This document shows positions 1-11,005 of a DNA stretch of 64,000 nt, in pieces (positions within the stretch are counted from its first letter, which is position 1; each line of letters begins with the position of its first letter). The position numbers were made by a program, and so were the translations under genes. The notes beneath the pieces are model-generated. The model ran no database searches. It saw nothing but the letters and a program-made list of their open reading frames with translations, and was not told the DNA's origin. Source of the stretch: a virus. The DNA lies in the IMG/VR virus record IMGVR_UViG_3300028840_000789, positions 3,687-67,686 of that record. One strand, given 5' to 3'.

Positions 1-404
1 CGAACAACAACCACACTACCTGGTGTCTGCCATGCGGCCCCAAAATAATAGTAATCAGCGTTGAGAGAACCTAGTGATGCCGCAGTTAAAGCAGCAGCTT
101 GTGCAGCAGTAATTAGTGTCCAATCGGCACTATCAGTAATTTCAAAGTTATCATTTGCAAATAATGCAGCACAATCATCACCACTAAGCTGATAGCCATA
201 TGTTTCGGGTTCATTATTATAGGTCACCCCATATGCTACGACTGTCGCTCCAGAATCTGTAATAAGACCAAGCTCATCTTCCGTAGAGGGAAGAGCGGCT
301 ATAGCCTCTTCAAGTGTAGCAACGTCAGTTAGATTCTTCTTTACGAGCCTATCAAGATAACGAAACTTCTCGTTAGTTCTAAAACCTTTATTATTAACAC
401 TCAT
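1..404 (-). CDS. Partial ORF running off the left edge (MSVNNKGFRTNEKFRYLDRL...), probable virion/tail protein
   Basis: ATG at 404-402; the frame stays open to position 1; the start overlaps the stop of the 404-580 ORF; it continues the tail-fibre block. Confidence 0.6.
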   Translation of the reverse strand, partial: MSVNNKGFRTNEKFRYLDRLVKKNLTDVATLEEAIAALPSTEDELGLITDSGATVVAYGVTYNNEPETYGYQLSGDDCAALFANDNFEITDSADWTLITAAQAAALTAASLGSLNADYYYFGAAWQTPGSVVVV

Positions 405-580
405 TAGTCATCAAGTTTAAGTTTCTCAATCGGTATAATTCGACCAGTAGTGTACTCTTGTATCACCACTAGGGTTAGACCTTCAGGAAGGTCTTTAAGA
501 TAACGTCGAGCTTGCCCTATGTGCATCGTAGGACGAAACTCCTTATCATCTGCATCTTTTAATGTTAATCGTAGTAACAT
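404..580 (-). CDS. 58-aa hypothetical protein (MLLRLTLKDADDKEFRPTMHIGQ...)
   Basis: Translated by hand; fills the gap between flanking genes with a TAATG stop/start overlap; below the ORF-track length cutoff. Confidence 0.55.
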   Translation of the reverse strand: MLLRLTLKDADDKEFRPTMHIGQARRYLKDLPEGLTLVVIQEYTTGRIIPIEKLKLDD

Positions 581-587
581 GATTCTA

Positions 588-3500
588 TTATGTTAAACTA
601 TCAGGATTTGTAACAGTTATAGTAATAGTACCAATATGAATACCACTACTTAAAGCACCATTATCTGTAACTTCAAAGTCCAGAGTAACAGTACCAACAT
701 CTGCCGAAGTAAATGCAATAAACTCACTTCTAGGATCAGCATTACCAGCCCCAAATGCTCCTCCATTTCTTCGTAAGAAGTAAGTATATGGTGCAGTACC
801 GTTCTTTACGGAAACAATTAGATCAGCTGCAGTAATACGAGCAACACCGTTACCTGCTCCATCATCACGTAGTGCAACCGATGCGGTTGTTAATGAGACA
901 GCTTGAATATCGTCAGTTGTAAGACCATCATCGTATTCAAGAATACCTTCTACTGTTCGTGTAAGATTTACGTCTTCATCGGGTACAGTAATAGTACGAG
1001 TAGTAAGAGTGGTGATAGCACTTAGATCGAAATCAAGTTCTTTACTTGAATCACTACTATCAAATAACAGGAAGTTAGCTGTACTAAATTGCGTTTGTGA
1101 CTGTGCTACTCCACCACCTGATCCAGTTGCTCCAAGTGCTTCTCCTCGTCTATCAATATAGCCATCAACAGATCCAGTTTCTTCATCAACCACGTTAAAG
1201 TATTCACCACCAGCAGCAGTACTATATCGTAAGACAACAGTACCGAGTAGAATAGCACATCCTTTTGCGGCAGCAACTTCACTAGGCAATGCGGTTATAT
1301 CATATCCAGCTATATCAAGATATGCGTCACTGTTGTTATTATACTTATTCAACGGTAAGAGAACTCCAATACGTGTACCAACTGATTGACTATTTACAAA
1401 CAGCACCAACGTAAATCGGAATCTGGCACCATTTGTAAGAAGTGAAGCACCTGTTGCATCTACTGTAATATCCTCAAGACCATTAATAGATAAGTATGGT
1501 GTTGTAGGATGATTTAAGCAGAACATTGTAGCAGGACTAGTTATCGCACTGAATGATTGTAAGTGCAACTGGTACATCGTACCCGCATCTACTCCCACTT
1601 CAACATCATCTGGCGTTGATGTAGCATCAATATTTAGATTGATTGCTGCACCGCTTTTCCACGTACCACCAAGCTGTCGAATCTTTTCCCGCTCATAGCT
1701 AAGCATACCACGACCTCCATGAAACAGACCGTCATTATACCTCTGGAATAGATCAACACCAATTGAACCAAATGTAGTTGCATCTCTAATTATCGTAACA
1801 CCACCCCATGCAAATTCTGCTACACCACCAACGGATGGGCTTGTTTCCGATAGGGTTAATTGGGCATTACCATAAGACGTTTCCTCAAAGTAGATATAGA
1901 CTGTTTTAGCAGTTGTAGAAGCACCAGTAAATGTAATACCATTAGCAGATCTAAGTTTGCCTCCCGCACCTGAACCAGTAGTAGCGTCAAGTACATAACG
2001 TGTTCCATTTAGAAGCACAGTAATATCACCACCTCCGTCAGTTTCCGCATCTACGTACAGTGAGCCTCCAACATTAACGAATGAGTAGCTAACTTTAGCA
2101 AAAGTTACTCCACTATCTCTATTTGCAGAACTATCTCGTAGTAACTCAAACTGTTCTACAATCTCGGTAGTAGGGGGTCCTACAAGTCCACCACTTTGAG
2201 CTTCAGTAAGACTATCTGGCTCCAGTTGAGTACCATGTAAGTCATATGTAGGTAGTGCAACAGCACCGCTCCAGTCAATATCTTGTACAGATACAAATTC
2301 TCCATCAAACGTTAGATCACTATCAACACTGGTAAGAGTTGTTTGTCCGTCTACATGAAAGTCCGTAAGAGTTACAGCACCATTACCACTTTGATTAAGT
2401 ATTTCTAGATCACCTGTAAAACGTACTCGTCCAAATTGTAGTGATGCAGTACCACTACCTAAATCTCTTAGTATAACAGTAGAAGCAGAGTTAAGGAAAG
2501 TACTCTCAATCCATTGTGCATCACCTCCACTTCCTCCATTAAACCGAATTTCAACATCGTGTAGGATAGATCTAAACGCAGACTGTCTCATTATAAGACT
2601 CGTCGTACTTGCAGTAAGATTTATAATTATACTAGCACCAGAAGCATTATTAAGAACAGCACCCTCTTGTAAGGTCACGTTCATGAATGCGCTCCAACTA
2701 GTAATAGACATTTGTCCACCTGCTACAAGATACGTTTGGTTTCCAGAAGTAGTAACAGTAAAGTCAAGTCCATGAGTATGTATGGATGAACCTACACCTG
2801 TTACATTACAAGTAAATGTCATATCAGCTCCACCATCGCCAATGATTGCATAACTAACACCGGCCGTCGCATCAGTAAGTGTACCCGCGTTATCACCCGG
2901 ATTGCCACTAAGATGTATTGTAGCATGATTACCTGAGCCAGGACTAGGTACACTAGCAATAGTATCAAATGGATCATTAGCTGTGCCCACTCCACCAGCA
3001 GCAACTGTTGTATCTACATACCAAATTGTTGATGGTGAGAGAATAGAAAGGTTTACCCCAAGAGCACTAGTATTTACATCAAAAGATTCAGCAGTAGGAT
3101 TGTAGTTCGCAGCTGTATTAACATCAAAGTTTGTTATACCCCCACCATAATTAGCAGTTCCACCAATATTAATCTGACCATTATCGAAATCAAATCGACC
3201 ACCTAGAAGATTCAAGTCACCTGCAATCGTGTGAACAACGGCTGTATCTACTCTAGCCCTACCATCATAAATAGTAACATCATTAAGTTGGTTGTTCAAC
3301 TTTAAATTCGTTCCCTCATATATAAAGATGTCAGTACTGGTATTAAGTGTACCAACACTAAGCCCATCACATCCCATAAAGTGGAACTCCGATCCGGCAC
3401 TAGCTAGTGACCAGTTATTACCTGTAATAGTACAGTCAATAGCATAGAACTTAGCAACACATGCTCCTGTTAAACTCGTTGATAGCTGTACATTCTCTGC

Positions 3501-5057
3501 AACTACCGTTACATCACCATTAATTTTTGGTGCAAGTGAAACATACTTACGTCGGTTATTACCAGCTATTAACTTAAAGTAAACAGGATCACCAGTCGTT
3601 AGTGAACTAGTAAAATTGTAAGCTATAAACTCTGCTAGATAGATTACGTAAGCATTGCTACTGTCAGCATTCCTAGCTACAACGGCTTCTTCAATAGTCT
3701 TAAAGGGACTATTCCTAGTTCCACTTCCCGTCGTAGCGACATTAGGATCAACATACAATGCCTTCCAAGTATAGTCAGCAAGGTTATCAAGCGCATCACT
3801 TACAGTAGTACCAGGAATAGTAGAGTCATTGATAATATCATCACTACCAAGATTAGCTACAAGCGTATCAAGTGCAAATATCTGATCATCTATATCATCA
3901 AATAAGGTTTGTGCATCAATACCAATTAGGGTATCGAAGTTAATATCATTAACTACAATAGTGTTAGCTGGAATACCTGCAAGATATGCACCAATAGAAT
4001 CGAGAGCTGCTGTTACAGAAGCTCCCGCCCACGATAGTGAATCATTAGTAATTTGATCTGAACTATAGTCTCCTGCTTGAGCTGTTACAGCTCCAGTTCT
4101 TCCGAATACCGAAGTAACGACATTGACTAGATTAGTATAAACAAATGTCCAGTATATCGCACCACTATCCCCAAGATTACCAGTAAACTCATATACCTTA
4201 CCATCAGATAATACTTGCCATTGCTCTCCATTAGTGATAGTGTTAGCAGCATCCCTTGCAGGAATATCAGCAAACTCACCAGTAATGCCAGCAGCACCAA
4301 GCGAAATAGCATTAGTTAGTGTAGTTTCAAGTGCATCAATATACGTCTGACTATAAGCATAATTATAGACAGCAGTTTCAGTAGTAACCGATGTACTTGG
4401 CCCCGTAATAGTGTCAGTAGGTGTTAAACTAATTAACTCAAGAGCATCAACTCTAGCGACAAGTGCTAGATGGGTAGACTCTTCTACTGGGACAAAGACG
4501 CCTGTCGCAATATTATCAATGATAGCAGGCTTATTAGCAATAGTATTCCAGTCAGCAAGACCAGCTTGTGCTATCTTCCTCCACGTTGTACCCTCATATA
4601 TAACCCAATCAAGTGTGTTAAAAGTTTGATTACCACTACCAAAGTCAATAGTACCCGATTCGGTACATACGTAAAAGAACCCGTTGGTTGTTCCAACAGG
4701 TGATGGACCGAGATCAGCGATAGCATTTCCATCTTGATTCAGACCTGTAACAGCAGAGAATGTTCCCTTAAATACAACTCCACCCGTGAACGTAGCGTTC
4801 AGCGGGAGTAGTTCCCACTTAGTGTTATCCGCTAGGTTACTTGATGTAGCTAACCAAAAGATAGCAGGTTGACCACCATAGTTCTCAACGGTACAAAGCA
4901 TGTATGGATAACGACGTTGCACTGGAATAGCATCACGTTGTGAAATGCTAGCTTTGTTATGACAACCTCCGTATCCCTCATTAGCATAAGTGGTAGGATA
5001 AACATCGCTACCAAACTTAGGTCGTATCGGGCCAGTAACAGTTGTTTGAAATGCCAT
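588..5057 (-). CDS. Large tail fibre/spike (receptor-binding) protein, 1489 aa, with two beta-helix-like modules
   Basis: N-terminal RDAIP..RR...M motif typical of crAss-like fibres; VTSVFGRTGAVTAQAGDY fibre motif; two YVD..G.GT...PF.TI (DUF1565-like) caps; G/T/S/N-rich. Confidence 0.75.
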   Translation of the reverse strand: MAFQTTVTGPIRPKFGSDVYPTTYANEGYGGCHNKASISQRDAIPVQRRYPYMLCTVENYGGQPAIFWLATSSNLADNTKWELLPLNATFTGGVVFKGTFSAVTGLNQDGNAIADLGPSPVGTTNGFFYVCTESGTIDFGSGNQTFNTLDWVIYEGTTWRKIAQAGLADWNTIANKPAIIDNIATGVFVPVEESTHLALVARVDALELISLTPTDTITGPSTSVTTETAVYNYAYSQTYIDALETTLTNAISLGAAGITGEFADIPARDAANTITNGEQWQVLSDGKVYEFTGNLGDSGAIYWTFVYTNLVNVVTSVFGRTGAVTAQAGDYSSDQITNDSLSWAGASVTAALDSIGAYLAGIPANTIVVNDINFDTLIGIDAQTLFDDIDDQIFALDTLVANLGSDDIINDSTIPGTTVSDALDNLADYTWKALYVDPNVATTGSGTRNSPFKTIEEAVVARNADSSNAYVIYLAEFIAYNFTSSLTTGDPVYFKLIAGNNRRKYVSLAPKINGDVTVVAENVQLSTSLTGACVAKFYAIDCTITGNNWSLASAGSEFHFMGCDGLSVGTLNTSTDIFIYEGTNLKLNNQLNDVTIYDGRARVDTAVVHTIAGDLNLLGGRFDFDNGQINIGGTANYGGGITNFDVNTAANYNPTAESFDVNTSALGVNLSILSPSTIWYVDTTVAAGGVGTANDPFDTIASVPSPGSGNHATIHLSGNPGDNAGTLTDATAGVSYAIIGDGGADMTFTCNVTGVGSSIHTHGLDFTVTTSGNQTYLVAGGQMSITSWSAFMNVTLQEGAVLNNASGASIIINLTASTTSLIMRQSAFRSILHDVEIRFNGGSGGDAQWIESTFLNSASTVILRDLGSGTASLQFGRVRFTGDLEILNQSGNGAVTLTDFHVDGQTTLTSVDSDLTFDGEFVSVQDIDWSGAVALPTYDLHGTQLEPDSLTEAQSGGLVGPPTTEIVEQFELLRDSSANRDSGVTFAKVSYSFVNVGGSLYVDAETDGGGDITVLLNGTRYVLDATTGSGAGGKLRSANGITFTGASTTAKTVYIYFEETSYGNAQLTLSETSPSVGGVAEFAWGGVTIIRDATTFGSIGVDLFQRYNDGLFHGGRGMLSYEREKIRQLGGTWKSGAAINLNIDATSTPDDVEVGVDAGTMYQLHLQSFSAITSPATMFCLNHPTTPYLSINGLEDITVDATGASLLTNGARFRFTLVLFVNSQSVGTRIGVLLPLNKYNNNSDAYLDIAGYDITALPSEVAAAKGCAILLGTVVLRYSTAAGGEYFNVVDEETGSVDGYIDRRGEALGATGSGGGVAQSQTQFSTANFLLFDSSDSSKELDFDLSAITTLTTRTITVPDEDVNLTRTVEGILEYDDGLTTDDIQAVSLTTASVALRDDGAGNGVARITAADLIVSVKNGTAPYTYFLRRNGGAFGAGNADPRSEFIAFTSADVGTVTLDFEVTDNGALSSGIHIGTITITVTNPDSLT

Positions 5058-6004
5058 TATGAAATACGAGTTTTAGTAATACCACCAAAAGGAAACTCAC
5101 TTCGGAACATCTTAACCGTTCGTGGGATTCCATAATCATTTGCAATTGCAAGATCAGGTTGCTGGATAAAGCTAGCAGATAACAGGGCCACACCTGTAGC
5201 TGGATCAATATCCGTAAATCCAATGCCCGCAGTACTTATATCACTCTCAATTCCAATAAAGGAATAGTTATTCGTGAATGTTAGATCAGTAGCTCTACTG
5301 GCAGTTAGCAGTTTTCCACCAAGCCCTTTAAGGGTAGCGAAGTCTGGTATTGAGGTCAATGCACTTGAGCCATACCATATAACAGGTAACCATTCAAGAC
5401 TTTGATTGCCATTCGTAGCACCACCTTGATCATCAGTAAGTTGTACATTAATACTAACAGTTGTCCTAGTGTTATATGTAACATTAATACCTGTTATTGT
5501 CTTAGGTATTCTAGGATCAAATGCTTCTTGTGGGAAGATTGCAGGACTAGCAGATACTAGTCCCGCGTTTCCCAGTGCCAGGTTCTCTGGGTTCGCTATA
5601 CCCAATGTGACGGTGAGAGAACCACTAAAGGTTTCACCGAACTCGAATGGCCCCTGGTCAAGCGTTATCGAGCTTATCGTTATGCTCTGATAAGGAGCAA
5701 TTAGATTTTTAATGATCGTGATGATCTCCTCATTACTAATATCAGTTCCGGCAGGGATACCACCGAGACTGACAGTTGTAATAGTATTGTCATCCATTAT
5801 TGGATCACCGATGTAGTTTAATGCAGAAGGCTGCTTAGTTCCATCCCCAACAAGCAAGGCAACCTTACCATTAGGTAGAAAGACAGCGATGGGTCGTCCT
5901 GCTTCAATAGTTTGAGCTAGGGCATCGACATTAACCTTCTGACCCCTGTCAAAAAGAAAGGGTTTGTTCTTTGAGTTAGTATAATCAATTAATGTTAGTG
6001 CCAT
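5057..6004 (-). CDS. Virion fibre-associated protein (Ig-like), 315 aa
   Basis: Position in the fibre cluster; GGIPAGT motif; beta-rich; resembles 10181-11005. Confidence 0.55.
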   Translation of the reverse strand: MALTLIDYTNSKNKPFLFDRGQKVNVDALAQTIEAGRPIAVFLPNGKVALLVGDGTKQPSALNYIGDPIMDDNTITTVSLGGIPAGTDISNEEIITIIKNLIAPYQSITISSITLDQGPFEFGETFSGSLTVTLGIANPENLALGNAGLVSASPAIFPQEAFDPRIPKTITGINVTYNTRTTVSINVQLTDDQGGATNGNQSLEWLPVIWYGSSALTSIPDFATLKGLGGKLLTASRATDLTFTNNYSFIGIESDISTAGIGFTDIDPATGVALLSASFIQQPDLAIANDYGIPRTVKMFRSEFPFGGITKTRIS

Positions 6005-6009
6005 GTCAT

Positions 6010-6483
6010 TTAGATTACTTCACCTTCAAATACGGTAGCGGGCGTCTCCCAACCAAGTTGATCACCGGGACCAACATATATAAGACGATCACCATTAGAG
6101 CCACCAGGTGGTAGACTGATACTACCACTACCACCTGACTGGTTAAGAATGGTTACATTCTCAAGAGATGCTTCAACGTGAGGCCCTATGACCATACCCC
6201 ATCTATAGGAGTAGTCAGACATAAGCTGTCTAAGCGTTGCCTCTGTAATTGAATCATCGAAATACAGGACTGCATTGCCATCCGCGTCAATAACATTAAA
6301 CGTCGGATCATTAAGTTGTGCAATAATCCAATCAGCTTCTTCAATGTAAAGCATGATTCTATTCCAATCAGCTTGACGTTCACGACCTTTATCTTCAAGG
6401 CGTACGAGTTCAGCAGCTTGGTCGGAGAGCCACTCTTTAGCACTACCAATGAAACTAATAATATCTTCTTGTATCGTAGCCAT
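6010..6483 (-). CDS. Tail hub/fibre adaptor-like protein, 157 aa
   Basis: Helical N-terminus, Gly-rich linker and LP.GG..G..L......WE fibre motif; gene order. Confidence 0.4.
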   Translation of the reverse strand: MATIQEDIISFIGSAKEWLSDQAAELVRLEDKGRERQADWNRIMLYIEEADWIIAQLNDPTFNVIDADGNAVLYFDDSITEATLRQLMSDYSYRWGMVIGPHVEASLENVTILNQSGGSGSISLPPGGSNGDRLIYVGPGDQLGWETPATVFEGEVI

Positions 6484-6485
6484 AA

Positions 6486-9400
6486 TTATTGTCCTTCAAA
6501 TGAAATTCCATCAAAACCAATTTGAATAAGCGGTGTTGAAGTAAACTGTTGTATTACTACGTTACCACCTGTTTCAATTCGACCTTCACCTGCTACAATA
6601 TTTGCGACAAATGTTCCACCAAATCCATCGCCTATGGTAGCAGGAAGTGTTACATGAGTACGAATCGTATAGTCAGGTCTATAACCTGCTGGTAAATTAC
6701 CAAGTACACCTGCACTATATAATCCACCGCCTCTCATATGTACAATACCTTTTAAATCTTTACGATAATAAACAGTCCATGAGGGACTAAGTTGTATCCA
6801 TGCAGGGTCATCCCATGAGTCACCGTCGGCTCCATCATCACCTATAATGTTGAGCTTTAGCGTCCAAGTACTAGCACCAGTCTTTGAGTAGACATTACCA
6901 GTATCTGTTGCAATATACGTATCTCCGACTTCACCAAGTCCACCAGCAGGAGCACCAGTACCGTAAAGTATCTGTGCGCCATCTGCACCATCTGCACCAG
7001 GAACACCTACTCCATCTTCACCAGCTTTACCAGCAATCCACCTCGGGATGTCCCACGTGAGGCCACCGTCATAAGAGTTACTATACCACACGGCGTTGCT
7101 ATCGGTAGTACGATACCACCCACCCCCACCAGGATCAGGCCCGGGATAAGTATCATAGGCAGCACCAGGAGTGCTCGGAAGAGTGTCATGGTCGTTACTG
7201 TTGTATAGTATCTTGACTCTATTGTCAGGGAGATCGTTAATACGGAAGTCTGTGGTATAGAGCGGAGGACCAGCCGGTACACCAGTAGGATAAGCGAGAA
7301 CCGTAACCTGCACAAACTGGTTGACCTTGTCTTGATCAAGTACCAGATCGGTAGAATTACTATCCTGTAGAATATGTCCACTGGTGTTACCATCATAATT
7401 CCCATCACTAATAGTGAATTTATAATCAAAACCTGCAACAGGTGTAAGACCAGAGCCAGTATTCTGAACCACTTGCGCTGTGATAGTTTTACTATCACCC
7501 GCTTGATACGTATAGAAGTCAAAGTTGCCATCGCTAGAGGTTATATCAAGTCCTGTAAATCCTTCTGGTTCTAAGACTGTAGCAACTTGCATATAGACCT
7601 TCTTTGTCTCTGCACCGAACGTAACAGTAAGTTCGATGATGGCCTTTGTTTCAGTAGTTGTCCAAGTAATACTAGGCTCGTCAAGTTCAATCCGAGTCTT
7701 AGTCCCACCTGCACCACCAGTCTGTGTAATGGTAACCCATGCGGTATTTGTAAAGCCGCCTGTAACTGCTGTACACGTAACTGTAAATGCTGAGTTTGTT
7801 TGAACAGTGGCTCCCTTGCGTACTTCGATATCAGCTATAACATCTGATAGTTCACCAGCAAGAGGTGTACCTAACGCATCAACTCTAATTGTCTCTAATG
7901 GATTCTCTATGTACACATCAAAAGCAGCTTCACCAGAGACTATCGCTCCAGCATCTACTTTACTAACCATTACCCAATCTTCCAGAGCAGTAAGAGAACC
8001 ACTAGCATCAACTCTAGCTCTTACGTAAACATCGTTCGAGCCTACTAACGTGAATATATCTGTAGCAGTAGTAACATCCCCACCAACAAGTACCAGATTA
8101 TTTTCAGTATCCACATACGTATAAGCGGGTGTTGAAACTCCACTGGGTGAAGTTGCGGTAATTTGTACCCAAGGATCACTAGTAGGATCAGTACCATTAA
8201 GATAATCCCATTCAACATCATTTTTATCAACATTATCGACTTCAGCCCTTACAATAATAACAGCAGGTAATAGCTCATCAGGAGTTGGAGTAGTATCAAG
8301 TAAGAAGCGTGACTGTGTTGCGGATGCGCTAAGAGCACGTCCGTCAAGACCGTCAACGAAGTCACGTACAGAAATCTCTTCAATAAATACAGGACGGGTT
8401 TCATTCGTTCCGTCTAGCAATGTAGTGGGCGTAACGTAACCCGCAGTAATAGCATCCTGTATCTTAGTATTAAGTCCTGCATCATCAAGTATCATCTCAA
8501 CCCGATAGATCGCACGACCAATAACGTCAGCATTGTTAACGATATGTTGTCTAGCTGTACTAAACACAGCAGGACTAGGAATAAAAGCATTATCGTTATA
8601 GATCTTATACCACTTTTGAGTAATCGTTATAGTAGTATCCGCATAAACGTCTTGCGCACCTTTATATAACTCAGCACGAAGCCAGATATCTTCTGGATCG
8701 TGATTCTCAACGCCACCAGTAAAAGATGACCTAAAGGTAGGCTCCTCGAACTGGTTGAGATCAATACCTCCATCATCAGCATATACCTGAATAAGATCCG
8801 CATATGTAGGTACCGATGTAAAAGGTCTTGGTGCTGACCACGGTTCTAAGAAGGAACCATCCGGAAGTATTGCACCTTCAATAACGAAGTTAACCTCAAA
8901 GTTATTCTCCGCACTAAGATAATCAACCCAACCATCAGGAGCAGGATCAACCGTAGTAGGTGTCTCAGCTGCTTGCCAAGTAGGATCGTCATAGTCAGTA
9001 AGGATCGGATAGAGCTTATACTTACGAAGTCGTTGAACTCCGCTTTCCCCGATGATCCTCTCAACTTTCCAATTCGTCCATGAGCCACTTGAACCGGTAC
9101 GTGTTGCAATATAGAAGTGAATTGAAGGATCAAAGTCAGCACTAGGTACCCATCCAGCAGCAACCAAGTTGGCTTCGTTACTACCAGTAGCTACATCTTC
9201 AGTAGGCCCAACAATCGTATCGGGATTAGGCTTACCAGTATTAGAATATCTTACAGTCTCTACATCTTCCTTAACATATTGAGGAACACTCCAACCTTGA
9301 CTAGTTATTATGTTCCCGTCCGCTTCTTGGAGAGCAGTGATCTTCCAGAGATAATCAGTTGCAGGGGCAGCAGGAACGCTGTCACTCCAACCAGTAGGAC

Positions 9401-10181
9401 TATTATTTGGAACGCCACTACTAGTGAAAGCAGGCGGACGATCAGGTCGATCAGACGATAGGGGAGGTGATCCAGTTTTTGTTCCATTCCGTTTAAAGTA
9501 ATTGACCTCACGAACAAATGTAGTCGAACCTTGAGATCGTGGTATAGGTGGTGTAATGTAACCAACAATTGGTGTATCTGTTTCATCGTAATCAAGATAA
9601 GAAATACGATACCATCTGTGGCGTGACGTATCTTCAACATCCTCCCACAAGCTTTCGGCACCAGCAGGGTAACCTGTAACACTATCGTATGGTGGACGCT
9701 TGGGATAGTCGGGATCTTCTGGTAGACCAGGTAATGACCCGTCGTAATCCTCAGCAAACTCAGTTATCTGTGCGTTATCTGGAATAAACTCACTGATAAT
9801 AGACCAATACTCATTCCAGTTATCACTAGTAATATCTCCAATAGAAATGAAATCGGGGTTACGCGACAAGACCACCGTAACCCTCTTGAATCCAATTTTA
9901 ACTGTAGCCGCCATCTGCTCGACCATCCTGTTCGGATGTAGATCAAGCAGACCCGGAGCAGTTCGGTATGGAGGTAAGTAACCGATAGCTTCGCCAGCAG
10001 GAGTTGGCCCATCGCTTGGTGTATCCCAATAAGTAGGATCAGCAGCAGGAGCCTCCAGATAAGGGAAGTTAAACCCTCCCTTTAAGGTGTGACCTATGGC
10101 GATTGAAACCTTCTGATTAAGACTTCGAGGTACATAACCAAGCGAGGTCGAGTAATATTCGTCGGGGTTTATAACTGCCAT
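6486..10181 (-). CDS. Tail fibre protein with short collagen-like repeats, 1231 aa
   Basis: GKAGEDG/GADGADG repeats; GTGAP..GLG..GD.YI motif; P.GWSD..P / YLW / WS.P repeats; C-terminal YRKD..G.VH.RG...LP.GYRP receptor-binding-like domain. Confidence 0.75.
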   Translation of the reverse strand: MAVINPDEYYSTSLGYVPRSLNQKVSIAIGHTLKGGFNFPYLEAPAADPTYWDTPSDGPTPAGEAIGYLPPYRTAPGLLDLHPNRMVEQMAATVKIGFKRVTVVLSRNPDFISIGDITSDNWNEYWSIISEFIPDNAQITEFAEDYDGSLPGLPEDPDYPKRPPYDSVTGYPAGAESLWEDVEDTSRHRWYRISYLDYDETDTPIVGYITPPIPRSQGSTTFVREVNYFKRNGTKTGSPPLSSDRPDRPPAFTSSGVPNNSPTGWSDSVPAAPATDYLWKITALQEADGNIITSQGWSVPQYVKEDVETVRYSNTGKPNPDTIVGPTEDVATGSNEANLVAAGWVPSADFDPSIHFYIATRTGSSGSWTNWKVERIIGESGVQRLRKYKLYPILTDYDDPTWQAAETPTTVDPAPDGWVDYLSAENNFEVNFVIEGAILPDGSFLEPWSAPRPFTSVPTYADLIQVYADDGGIDLNQFEEPTFRSSFTGGVENHDPEDIWLRAELYKGAQDVYADTTITITQKWYKIYNDNAFIPSPAVFSTARQHIVNNADVIGRAIYRVEMILDDAGLNTKIQDAITAGYVTPTTLLDGTNETRPVFIEEISVRDFVDGLDGRALSASATQSRFLLDTTPTPDELLPAVIIVRAEVDNVDKNDVEWDYLNGTDPTSDPWVQITATSPSGVSTPAYTYVDTENNLVLVGGDVTTATDIFTLVGSNDVYVRARVDASGSLTALEDWVMVSKVDAGAIVSGEAAFDVYIENPLETIRVDALGTPLAGELSDVIADIEVRKGATVQTNSAFTVTCTAVTGGFTNTAWVTITQTGGAGGTKTRIELDEPSITWTTTETKAIIELTVTFGAETKKVYMQVATVLEPEGFTGLDITSSDGNFDFYTYQAGDSKTITAQVVQNTGSGLTPVAGFDYKFTISDGNYDGNTSGHILQDSNSTDLVLDQDKVNQFVQVTVLAYPTGVPAGPPLYTTDFRINDLPDNRVKILYNSNDHDTLPSTPGAAYDTYPGPDPGGGGWYRTTDSNAVWYSNSYDGGLTWDIPRWIAGKAGEDGVGVPGADGADGAQILYGTGAPAGGLGEVGDTYIATDTGNVYSKTGASTWTLKLNIIGDDGADGDSWDDPAWIQLSPSWTVYYRKDLKGIVHMRGGGLYSAGVLGNLPAGYRPDYTIRTHVTLPATIGDGFGGTFVANIVAGEGRIETGGNVVIQQFTSTPLIQIGFDGISFEGQ

Positions 10182-11005
10182 TATGATATACTCTTAATTT
10201 GAATACGAGAATTAATTAGGGCACCATTTACACTACGATACAGATTGTAGCTGATGGATTCCGCCCCGTTGTTATACGTTACGGTCTTAACCAACGTCAT
10301 AGGATCAGCCAGTGATGGATCATTAACATCGTCAAAAACAGGTGTAAGATCAGCACGTACCGCAAAGTATGTGTACCACGATCCACCCGATTTAGTTCCA
10401 TCTACATACAGACCAACACCACTTGTATTAATACTGAATGCAAGTGCATCAATAACCGCAATAGCAGCTGCATCACTCGAACCAGATGTTATAAGTGCTT
10501 CAACCTCACCGCGGTAGAAAGCATCGCCGAATCTAAGGTTCTCACTATCAGTCTCTTGGGTTGTACCATCATCCCCTACAAGAGTATAGGTCTGATTAGT
10601 AGTTATCACTTGACTAGAGTATGTTATCGACTTCGTAGAAATAGGCGTAATCACGTTACCATTTATAGCTTGATCAACATCAATACTCCCACCTCCATCT
10701 CTAGTGAACGCCCATGAGAGCGTTACATCGGTTACTGTCACACCTCTTAGCGGGGTGTTACCACTCTTCAAGCTAGGACTGCATACAATACTATCGAGAG
10801 AAAGAGCAGCACTAAAACCCACATACGGATTGTAACTAATCGTGAACGTCTTTTTAGTAGGCGTTTCAGTAGTAGTCACAGTAAGAGGAGGTGTAGTATC
10901 CGTTTGTACTACGATATCCAGAGCGTCACTAGATCCTCCACTAGAGGAACCAGGAACAACAAGACCACTTTGCTTTTCGCAATCGTTACAACCTGTTACA
11001 GACAT
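10181..11005 (-). CDS. Virion fibre-associated protein, 274 aa
   Basis: Gene order; beta-rich; C-terminal YFAV...YNLYRS pattern shared with 5057-6004; N-terminal CxxC. Confidence 0.5.
   Translation of the reverse strand: MSVTGCNDCEKQSGLVVPGSSSGGSSDALDIVVQTDTTPPLTVTTTETPTKKTFTISYNPYVGFSAALSLDSIVCSPSLKSGNTPLRGVTVTDVTLSWAFTRDGGGSIDVDQAINGNVITPISTKSITYSSQVITTNQTYTLVGDDGTTQETDSENLRFGDAFYRGEVEALITSGSSDAAAIAVIDALAFSINTSGVGLYVDGTKSGGSWYTYFAVRADLTPVFDDVNDPSLADPMTLVKTVTYNNGAESISYNLYRSVNGALINSRIQIKSIS

Noticed and set aside
404-580. EFRPTMHIGQ resembling a 2H phosphoesterase HxT motif
   Set aside because: The order is T-x-H, there is only one copy, and the protein is just 58 aa
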